64,000 nucleotides of DNA from Pavona decussata (taxonomy: Eukaryota). Both the position numbers and the translations under genes were made by a program. This document shows, one piece after another, positions 61,101 through 64,000 of the stretch. Location of the stretch: assembly GCA_977016875.1 (NCBI GenBank), contig CDRNST010000054.1, positions 1,550,001 through 1,614,000 of the forward strand. The letters run 5' to 3'. Under the pieces are notes generated by a model. That model searched no databases. It saw only the letters and a list, made by a program, of their open reading frames with translations, and had not been told where the DNA came from. Numbering within the stretch: position 1 is the first letter of the stretch; every line of letters begins with the position of its first letter.

Positions 61101-64000
61101 GCGGCTATTGGGTTTCTTTTTTATATCTATTTTTTAACATGTTTATAAATAACATGTCTCCTGGTGACAATTTGTTAAGAATCTGTAGCCGTAAACTGAG
61201 ATTAAAATCTGCTTCATAGTTCTTGCTGATGGTGACAGATGGAGACCAGACAAAAGATGAGCCGTTTACTCCCCTAGCAAGAGCTGCCGAAAAGGTGAAA
61301 GAAAAAGACGTGGAAGTTATTGCATTCTCCACCAAGTCAGAAGATGAAATCAATGTTGATGATCTGAGGGATATTGCTTCTGGAGATGGAGATGAGAACG
61401 TGTTTCTTGTCACACCCAGTGATCCGGCGCCTGCTATCACTACAAAGATAACAAGCAAAGTTAAGAGCCTAGTGAGAGGTAAGGAGAAGGACACTTACGA
61501 AAAAGGATTGTTTGCCTCATTTTACTCCAATGGTAGCTCTTTGATATGAATCAATGCTACTTTTGTCTTATCAATATTGCCGTAAAAGGGAGGTCGACGG
61601 GTAGTTCCAGTGAAATCCTTATTGTTTTAAACTACTGCCTGTCTACCCATCTTTCAGTGCTGCTTTTCATCTGATCCCTTGCCTCTTCAAATAAACCATC
61701 AAGGAAGACCCTCTCTTGTTACGTAGAAGGCGATGTGGATCAGATGCCCATGTGGAAATAACCCTCATCCTGCCTTTATTGATTTGTAACAGACACAATA
61801 GGTATTTAAAGTCCCTGGGATTCTGGTACAGTCTTGGTACCACCCTCACTAAAAAAGCACCTCTCAGTATTTACCATTCTGAAGATGGCAGTTGTAAGTG
61901 ACGTTCAAGACATTGAGGTTATTAAATTCTTAAAGAAACTACTGTATTTTGTTTGATTTTTTCAGAGCGTATTTATCCAGTGGATATTGCTTTCTTGATC
62001 GGATCTTCTTCAACAACCACCGATGAACAGTGGAAATCCACGCTGGACTTTGTCAAATCGATCGCTGACCAATTCCCAGTGTCTGACATAGGGGCCCGCA
62101 TTGGAGTGATATCCTTTGATACTACTCCAAGAGTTGGGTTTGCATTCGATGCCTTATCTGGCCCTCAGCTAAATAACTTTGAAGTCCGAAGATTGATAGA
62201 CAGCGTTCCCTACGGTAATGGCCCTACCAGAATTGACCGTGCCTTGAAGCTTGCCAGCACATTCCTCTTCACACCTGAAGGCGGAGCAAGAAAGAATTCA
62301 ATGAAGGTATAAACAGTGGCCTTCTTATTTTGGAACATAGAAAGAATTTTAATCCTTAACTCAAAAAATATTGGTTGAGTTAAAATGTGTAAGCAGTCCG
62401 GAATTCTGTTTTGTAAAATATCGAATAATACAGCCCCACCAAACAGCTTCGTTTTCCACAGAGACAAACATTACAATTATGTTACGATAGTTGCCATCAT
62501 CATCGTTATTGTCATCATGATCATCATTGTCAATTATTTTCTTGAATAGGTTAATATATACAACTCTGAAATCAATGAATGAAATAGGAGTGAACTTAAA
62601 CCAAATGGTTCGCTTTCACAATCTAATTGACACGCTTGTTTCCCAAATAACTTCTGTGAGTAATCTGTAAACAAATTATACTATTGCAAAACAAGGGCAT
62701 CGTGAGCAATTACTAGACCTAGAAATGTTCTTACTCACAGGAATTCACAATGAGACGTCTCCGATTTGAGCTTACGGAATAGGGTTGATTTCTTTGAGTA
62801 AATATTTGTGAGACCTTGTTTTGTTCTTGTTGTTCAAGCAAGTGCATGCAGTCGTATTGACTTATTGTTTATGTTTGTCATGGCGACATAACAAATACGG
62901 TGATTGACTGAAATCTGCTTTAGTGGTCGCTTGAGGAAGGTCGTTCCCTCCTTAAGAAAGATATTCTACTAGAATTTCAATCGTTCTTGTTTTTCCTTTA
63001 CTTTTGACTTAAAAAGTCGTAAGGACACTTAATCAAATTCCTCTTTTTTGCAGCTACTATTTGTAATTACTGACTCTGGACAAGCCCCCGATCAAAAGCC
63101 GTCAACACCACTTGACCAAGCTTCTCAGCCTCTGAAGGACAGAGGAGTTCAGATATATGCTCTTGCTATTGGAGGAATGGTTCCTGAAGAGAACTTACGA
63201 GACATTACCTCAAAACCACAGAACATTTTTACTCCTGCAAACTCTGTTGATGATCTACCTCAGCGTCAGCCCAGAATAGTAGATGACTGGAAAACATACT
63301 TGAGAGGTTAGAAAAGTCATTTTGAATTTTGTAATCAGTGTAACTGAATGATTAGCTCTGTTAACCTACTGATATTTTGTCACATGTTGGAAAGAATAGG
63401 TTAAAGATGCTTGAAAGAAGTGTGTGGTACCATGATAGCTCGATTTTTAGAGAAACTAAAATTGTAATTCATTTGCTTGTATCTCTTTAGTTCAAACTTT
63501 TAAAGACTTTTGTCTGGTTATTGTTTCGGGACGTGGAAAACGAAATTGTTCCAAACATAGCACTCTTCCTTTTATGATTCAGCCACAGCATATTTATGTC
63601 TCAACTTTAAGACACATTTGGAACGATCTGTTGGCGCATGTTGTAGTTCCAATGAATGGTCCTGTGATATCAAGGGAAAACTAATGAATATGGTTCGATT
63701 GGAACAGAACATTTTGGTGATAAGGAGATAGCATGATAACAAGCTTGAAATTCATGGACATGAACATAAATGGACGGTTAGTTTTGTAAACCCATTATTC
63801 TCCCAAATTCTTGTTAGATCTCTAGTTTGTTTTCTTTCTTTTGAAGATCGCTGGGCAGGTGTAGACATTGGTTTTGTAGTGGAGGCTTCAGACAATGTGA
63901 CACCAGAGCTATGGACAAACTTCCTGAACATTGTAAAGAGGACAGTAGACCGTTTCCATGTTGCGCCAAGGTCTGCAAACATTGGAATGGTCACTTTTGG
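524..64000 (+). CDS. Giant multi-exon gene (partial at both ends) encoding a vWA / thyroglobulin type-1 repeat mosaic protein: 63 exons in window, 9 complete + 2 partial vWA domains, 43 TY domains, about 4,900 aa
   Basis: Exons joined by hand at AG/GT sites keep a consistent phase throughout, with no internal stops. TY exons carry C-x(n)-P-x-C-x3-G-x-[YF]-x3-QC-x(4-8)-C[WFY]C[VST][DN]-x2-G. vWA exons carry a D[IL]GF[VL]VD-like beta-A strand, RIDLAL and GAR motifs. No start or stop codon of the gene lies in the window. Confidence 0.9.
1882..2216 (+). CDS. exon 2: vWA N-half (1-0)
   Basis: gcag|AG TAT...CGT CAG|gtaaaa; [10 protein letters not shown]...RIDLGL...GAR. Confidence 0.88.
2704..2929 (+). 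CDS. exon 3: vWA C-half (0-1)
   Basis: tag|GTT TTG...ACA G|gtggga; VLVVFTAG...GVEIYSYGI. Confidence 0.82.
3222..3363. repeat. Imperfect inverted-repeat (MITE-like) element; related copy at about 32038-32160
   Basis: tatatcaaacactcgtcacagtgtttcatcac ... gtgatgaaacactgtgactcgtgtttgatata. Confidence 0.65.
3395..3720 (+). CDS. exon 4: vWA N-half (1-0)
   Basis: gcag|GT GAT...GAG|gtaaat; [11 protein letters not shown]. Confidence 0.88.
4233..4470 (+). CDS. exon 5: vWA C-half (0-1)
   Basis: ttag|GTA TTG...AGA G|gtgtgt; VLIVLT...[10 protein letters not shown]. Confidence 0.85.
4816..5141 (+). CDS. exon 6: vWA N-half (1-0)
   Basis: tcag|GT CCC...AAG|gtaaca; [12 protein letters not shown]...RVDLAL. 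Confidence 0.88.
6113..6329 (+). CDS. exon 7: vWA C-half (0-1)
   Basis: tttcag|GGT ATA...ACA G|gtattc; [10 protein letters not shown]. Confidence 0.85.
6365..6865 (+). mobile_element. 5'-truncated, decayed L2/CR1-type LINE 3' end
   Basis: Translates as [24 protein letters not shown]...LMYKI...AP.L, and after disruptions ...LKQSFSY...MLWNNLPE...FKK, the typical C-terminus of CR1/L2 ORF2. Ends with AATAAA followed by an (ATGT)n tail near 6843-6865. Confidence 0.7.
7051..7269 (+). CDS. exon 8: TY domain 1 (1-1)
   Basis: cag|CT AAA...ACA G|gtatga; [23 protein letters not shown]. Confidence 0.88.
8506..8703 (+). CDS. exon 9: TY domain 2 (1-1), absent from ORF track
   Basis: cacag|GT ATA...GCT G|gtaggt; [25 protein letters not shown]. 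Confidence 0.85.
8891..9057. repeat. Near-perfect palindromic (foldback/MITE-like) repeat
   Basis: Arms of about 80 bp (gaatagtattcatctgatttgtctcagtgcagga... / ...tcctgcactgagacaaatcagatgaataccattc). Related non-palindromic copies lie at about 42470-42625 and 57450-57600. Confidence 0.8.
9417..9623 (+). CDS. exon 10: TY domain 3 (1-1)
   Basis: ccag|GG AAG...CCA G|gtaagc; [23 protein letters not shown]. Confidence 0.88.
10247..10593 (+). CDS. exon 11: vWA N-half (1-0)
   Basis: atag|GT GGC...AAG|gtaaat; [10 protein letters not shown]...RIDLAL. Confidence 0.88.
11572..11809 (+). CDS. exon 12: vWA C-half (0-1)
   Basis: tcag|GTT GCT...CAA G|gtaaac; [10 protein letters not shown]. Confidence 0.88.
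12423..12757 (+). CDS. exon 13: vWA N-half (1-0)
   Basis: tcag|GT CGT...CAG|gtatgt; [11 protein letters not shown]. Confidence 0.88.
12767..13249. mobile_element. Non-autonomous piggyBac-like element (MITE)
   Basis: TTAA on both sides (12763-12766, 13250-13253). Imperfect TIRs CCCTTCAATCCCTAA / TTAGGGGTTAAAGGG with CCC...GGG termini. Confidence 0.75.
13730..13955 (+). CDS. exon 14: vWA C-half (0-1)
   Basis: ccag|ATC GTT...AAA G|gtgtgt; IVILFISG...GVSVFVL. Confidence 0.85.
14560..14766 (+). CDS. exon 15: TY domain 4 (1-1)
   Basis: ttag|AA TCT...ATA G|gtgagt; [13 protein letters not shown]. Confidence 0.87.
15337..15552 (+). CDS. exon 16: TY domain 5 (1-1)
   Basis: ttag|GG AGA...CCA G|gtaaat; [11 protein letters not shown]. 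Confidence 0.87.
16335..16538 (+). CDS. exon 17: TY domain 6 (1-1)
   Basis: ttag|CA CTT...CCG G|gtgagc; [11 protein letters not shown]. Confidence 0.87.
16650..16850 (+). CDS. exon 18: TY domain 7 (1-1)
   Basis: gcag|AT GAA...CAA A|gtaagc; [13 protein letters not shown]. Confidence 0.87.
17277..17492 (+). CDS. exon 19: TY domain 8 (1-1)
   Basis: gcag|AA GAC...CCT G|gtcagt; [11 protein letters not shown]. Confidence 0.87.
17926..18129 (+). CDS. exon 20: TY domain 9 (1-1)
   Basis: gcag|GA AAG...ACT G|gtaata; [13 protein letters not shown]. Confidence 0.87.
18641..18847 (+). CDS. exon 21: TY domain 10 (1-1)
   Basis: ccag|CA CCA...CCA A|gtgagt; [13 protein letters not shown]. Confidence 0.87.
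19427..19639 (+). CDS. exon 22: TY domain 11 (1-1)
   Basis: atag|TG TGG...CCA G|gtagaa; [13 protein letters not shown]. Confidence 0.87.
20113..20459 (+). CDS. exon 23: vWA N-half (1-0)
   Basis: tcag|AT AAT...CAG|gttagt; [11 protein letters not shown]. Confidence 0.87.
20744..21683 (-). mobile_element. L1/Tx1-clade LINE insertion, 5'-truncated and 5'-inverted, with 16-bp TSD
   Basis: TSD tgctgagctgattgat at 20744-20759 and 21668-21683. Poly(T) to 20779, AATAAA and the ORF2 end ([14 protein letters not shown]) lie on the minus strand. The ORF2 C-terminal zinc-binding region ([13 protein letters not shown]...CLYC...HTFIDC) lies on the plus strand at about 21006-21670. Confidence 0.88.
22470..23290. 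mobile_element. Non-autonomous Tc1/mariner/pogo-like DNA transposon (MITE)
   Basis: TIRs CCGTAGAATTCCGAAAGTAAC / GTTACTTTCGCAATTCTACGG, TA on the left and CA (decayed TA) on the right. Subterminal GAAAGTAA repeats at both ends. Confidence 0.75.
23422..23671 (+). CDS. exon 24: vWA C-half (0-1)
   Basis: ttag|GTA CTT...CCT G|gtaaag; [10 protein letters not shown]. Confidence 0.87.
24620..25557 (-). pseudogene. Tyrosine recombinase (YR) ORF of the Ngaro element, frameshifted
   Basis: N-terminus [22 protein letters not shown] in a different frame from the body. Motifs [10 protein letters not shown] and [12 protein letters not shown] present. The catalytic Arg box reads GFLGGGEF rather than the usual GFLRxxEF. 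Confidence 0.85.
25552..27470 (-). pseudogene. RT/RNase H ORF of the Ngaro element, multiple frameshifts
   Basis: Fragments in different frames: [45 protein letters not shown]...[14 protein letters not shown]. Confidence 0.85.
27472..28686 (-). pseudogene. gag-like ORF1 of the Ngaro element, two in-frame stops
   Basis: Three ORF-track pieces in one frame separated by TGA codons. [30 protein letters not shown] and a C-terminal Cys/His finger CCSWNDGAC...[20 protein letters not shown]. Confidence 0.8.
28707..28880. repeat. Three tandem copies of a 58-bp unit in the Ngaro 5' leader
   Basis: gctaagaaaccgcttataaactgagtcacaatgtttgtga..cgcccacgctgaataa starts at 28707, 28765 and 28823. Confidence 0.85.
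29724..29933 (+). CDS. exon 25: TY domain 12 (1-1)
   Basis: ttag|TC CCA...ATG G|gtaagt; [25 protein letters not shown]. Confidence 0.87.
30308..30363. repeat. (TTAC)n microsatellite after AATAAA, probable LINE 3' tail remnant
   Basis: aataaagttgttactttcttacttacttac... Confidence 0.6.
30643..30828 (+). CDS. exon 26: TY domain 13 (1-1)
   Basis: acag|GT ACC...GCA G|gtattt; [11 protein letters not shown]. Confidence 0.87.
31400..31995 (-). mobile_element. Solo A+B terminal-repeat remnant (or non-autonomous copy) of a second Ngaro-like family
   Basis: Bounded by TTAA at both ends. Shares tggaggttgggtg, gcaacccagccatgagc, aggcacccgtcacactga and the terminal ttgttaact..gttaaattgca with the 23919-29046 element in the same order. 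No coding remnants. Confidence 0.7.
32347..32556 (+). CDS. exon 27: TY domain 14 (1-1)
   Basis: ccag|AA GAG...CCA G|gtatgt; [11 protein letters not shown]. Confidence 0.87.
33461..33676 (+). CDS. exon 28: TY domain 15 (1-1)
   Basis: aaag|GT AAA...AAT G|gtaagc; [11 protein letters not shown]. Confidence 0.85.
34128..34337 (+). CDS. exon 29: TY domain 16 (1-1)
   Basis: ccag|AA CAA...CCA G|gtacaa; [13 protein letters not shown]. Confidence 0.87.
34902..35099 (+). CDS. exon 30: TY domain 17 (1-1)
   Basis: gtag|AT TCT...CCA G|gtaagt; [25 protein letters not shown]. Confidence 0.87.
35203..35442. mobile_element. PIF/Harbinger-like MITE
   Basis: TIRs GGGCCCGTTTCTTGAAAGTCC / GGACTTTCAAGAAACGGGCCC with a 3-bp CAG TSD (35200-35202, 35443-35445). 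Confidence 0.8.
36106..36324 (+). CDS. exon 31: TY domain 18 (1-1)
   Basis: acag|AG AAA...TTT G|gtatgt; [13 protein letters not shown]. Confidence 0.87.
37458..37718 (+). CDS. exon 32: Pro-rich linker + TY domain 19 (1-1)
   Basis: gaag|GT CTT CCA CCA CCT CCA...AAT G|gtaagt; [13 protein letters not shown]. Confidence 0.82.
38382..38597 (+). CDS. exon 33: TY domain 20 (1-1)
   Basis: gcag|CT AAT...CAT T|gtaagt; [13 protein letters not shown]. Confidence 0.87.
39218..39418 (+). CDS. exon 34: TY domain 21 (1-1)
   Basis: atag|CT GGT...GCA G|gtatgc; [13 protein letters not shown]. Confidence 0.87.
40065..40277 (+). CDS. exon 35: TY domain 22 (1-1)
   Basis: ttag|CT GGA...TCA G|gtaaag; [25 protein letters not shown]. 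Confidence 0.87.
40488..40700 (+). CDS. exon 36: TY domain 23 (1-1)
   Basis: acag|TG ACC...CCA G|gtatct; [11 protein letters not shown]. Confidence 0.87.
41154..41369 (+). CDS. exon 37: TY domain 24 (1-1)
   Basis: caag|CT GTT (the nearby in-phase acceptor)...AAA G|gtaagt; [13 protein letters not shown]. Confidence 0.8.
41722..41937 (+). CDS. exon 38: TY domain 25 (1-1)
   Basis: gcag|GT CCA...CCT G|gtaggg; [13 protein letters not shown]. Confidence 0.87.
42757..42981 (+). CDS. exon 39: TY domain 26 (1-1)
   Basis: ccag|CT GGA...TCA G|gtagga; [16 protein letters not shown]. Confidence 0.87.
43205..43491. mobile_element. MITE with 6-bp TSD (possibly hAT-related; superfamily uncertain)
   Basis: TIRs CAGGGTTCGTAC / GTACGAATCCTG, TSD TATGCA (43199-43204, 43492-43497), many internal (AAAG)TCATGGAA repeats. 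Confidence 0.75.
43640..43855 (+). CDS. exon 40: TY domain 27 (1-1)
   Basis: ttag|CA CCA...CTA G|gtaaca; [13 protein letters not shown]. Confidence 0.87.
43935..44095 (-). mobile_element. SINE-like repeat fragment
   Basis: Minus strand reads GGGGAGCATGGATGAC...CTCTCCTCCCACTAATGTGGCCC...GAGTTTGTTGTTGGTTCTC...TACTCTGGTTTTCCC...AAATTCCAATT. This resembles abundant anthozoan tRNA-derived SINEs (recognised from memory, not searched). Confidence 0.55.
44529..44759 (+). CDS. exon 41: TY domain 28 (1-1)
   Basis: gtag|GA ACT...ACT G|gtgagt; [13 protein letters not shown]. Confidence 0.82.
45127..45303. repeat. Near-perfect palindromic MITE-like repeat
   Basis: aatagaccatttccgagttgctgtgaacctca... 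/ ...tgaggttcacagcaactcggaaatagcctatt, arms of about 80 bp. Confidence 0.85.
46512..46721 (+). CDS. exon 42: TY domain 29 (1-1)
   Basis: acag|AA ACC...ACT G|gtacgc; [13 protein letters not shown]. Confidence 0.87.
47277..47492 (+). CDS. exon 43: TY domain 30 (1-1)
   Basis: ccag|CT GGA...GAA G|gtaggt; [25 protein letters not shown]. Confidence 0.87.
48290..48505 (+). CDS. exon 44: TY domain 31 (1-1)
   Basis: ttag|GC CAA...CCA G|gtaaag; [13 protein letters not shown]. Confidence 0.87.
48694..48974. mobile_element. Decayed TA-flanked MITE with an internal G-run
   Basis: TA|CAATCCTGGGCAA ... TTGGTCAGGGTTG|TA. A related decayed copy with caacattg plus poly-G lies at about 15790-16020. Confidence 0.5.
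49306..49515 (+). CDS. exon 45: TY domain 32 (1-1); alternative in-frame acceptor at 49201
   Basis: gaag|AT GAA...ATA G|gtatgt; [13 protein letters not shown]. Confidence 0.8.
49962..50000. repeat. (AATC)n microsatellite
   Basis: aatcaatcaatc... about 9 units. Confidence 0.85.
50380..50595 (+). CDS. exon 46: TY domain 33 (1-1)
   Basis: acag|CT CAG...GAT G|gttagt; [12 protein letters not shown]. Confidence 0.87.
51281..51493 (+). CDS. exon 47: TY domain 34 (1-1), absent from ORF track
   Basis: acag|CT GGA...CCA G|gtttgt; [25 protein letters not shown]. Confidence 0.87.
51715..51921 (+). CDS. exon 48: TY domain 35 (1-1)
   Basis: acag|CG AAT...CCA G|gtatcc; [11 protein letters not shown]. 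Confidence 0.87.
52124..52200. repeat. Poly-C run followed by an (AAAT)n microsatellite
   Basis: Run of about 17 C, then aaataaataaat... Confidence 0.8.
52393..52638 (+). CDS. exon 49: TY domain 36 with a long first loop (1-1)
   Basis: ctag|GA GTT...ATG G|gtaact; [13 protein letters not shown]. Confidence 0.87.
53223..53435 (+). CDS. exon 50: TY domain 37 (1-1)
   Basis: acag|CT GGT...ATG G|gtaagt; [13 protein letters not shown]. Confidence 0.87.
54101..54313 (+). CDS. exon 51: TY domain 38 (1-1)
   Basis: gtag|CT GGC...AAA G|gtttgt; [13 protein letters not shown]. Confidence 0.87.
54873..55088 (+). CDS. exon 52: TY domain 39 (1-1)
   Basis: tcag|AT GAA...GAA G|gtacgt; [16 protein letters not shown]. 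Confidence 0.87.
55582..55806 (+). CDS. exon 53: TY domain 40 (1-1)
   Basis: ctag|TT TTG...ACT G|gtaaag; [13 protein letters not shown]. Confidence 0.87.
56140..56352 (+). CDS. exon 54: TY domain 41 (1-1), GC splice donor
   Basis: ccag|CT GGT...ACA G|gcgagt; [13 protein letters not shown]. Confidence 0.8.
56884..57105 (+). CDS. exon 55: TY domain 42 (1-1)
   Basis: atag|GT GAC...GTT G|gtgagt; [23 protein letters not shown]. Confidence 0.87.
57940..58128 (+). CDS. exon 56: TY domain 43 (1-1)
   Basis: acag|AA AGT...TGT G|gtaaga; [13 protein letters not shown]. Confidence 0.85.
59270..59604 (+). CDS. exon 57: vWA N-half (1-0)
   Basis: gcag|AA CCT...AAG|gtaaga; ADVALVIDY...RIDKAL...GARPGVPK. 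Confidence 0.88.
59996..60257 (+). CDS. exon 58: vWA C-half (0-1)
   Basis: acag|TTT CTT...TCA G|gtgagt; GIKVYSVGI. Confidence 0.87.
60461..60804 (+). CDS. exon 59: vWA N-half (1-0)
   Basis: acag|AT CTG...AAG|gtacct; ADIGIVIA...RLDLGL. Confidence 0.87.
61220..61478 (+). CDS. exon 60: vWA C-half (0-1)
   Basis: atag|TTC TTG...AGA G|gtaagg; [10 protein letters not shown]. Confidence 0.85.
61966..62306 (+). CDS. exon 61: vWA N-half (1-0)
   Basis: tcag|AG CGT...AAG|gtataa; [10 protein letters not shown]...RIDRAL...GAR. Confidence 0.88.
63054..63306 (+). CDS. exon 62: vWA C-half (0-1)
   Basis: gcag|CTA CTA...AGA G|gttaga; LLFVITDSG...[10 protein letters not shown]. Confidence 0.87.
63847..64000 (+). 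CDS. exon 63 (runs off window): vWA N-half
   Basis: gaag|AT CGC...; [25 protein letters not shown]. Confidence 0.85.

Overview
Eukaryotic genomic DNA, AT-rich with GT-AG introns. The intronic repeat families look cnidarian, probably a scleractinian coral (inferred from memory of these repeats, not from a search). The whole window lies inside one giant + strand gene that continues past both edges. I traced 63 coding exons by hand with consistent splice phases and no in-frame stops, giving about 14.8 kb of CDS (about 4,900 aa). The domain order is [half vWA]-vWA3-TY3-vWA2-TY8-vWA-TY32-vWA3-[half vWA], where TY is the thyroglobulin type-1 repeat. All 43 TY domains are single symmetric phase 1-1 exons, and each vWA domain is a phase 1-0 plus 0-1 exon pair. 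The introns contain a decayed but full-length Ngaro-type tyrosine-recombinase retrotransposon with split direct repeats (23919-29046) and a solo-repeat remnant of a second such family (31400-31995). They also contain an L1-clade insertion with a twin-priming 5' inversion (20744-21683), an L2/CR1 3' fragment, and several MITEs and palindromic repeats. No rRNA, genuine tRNA or CRISPR was found.
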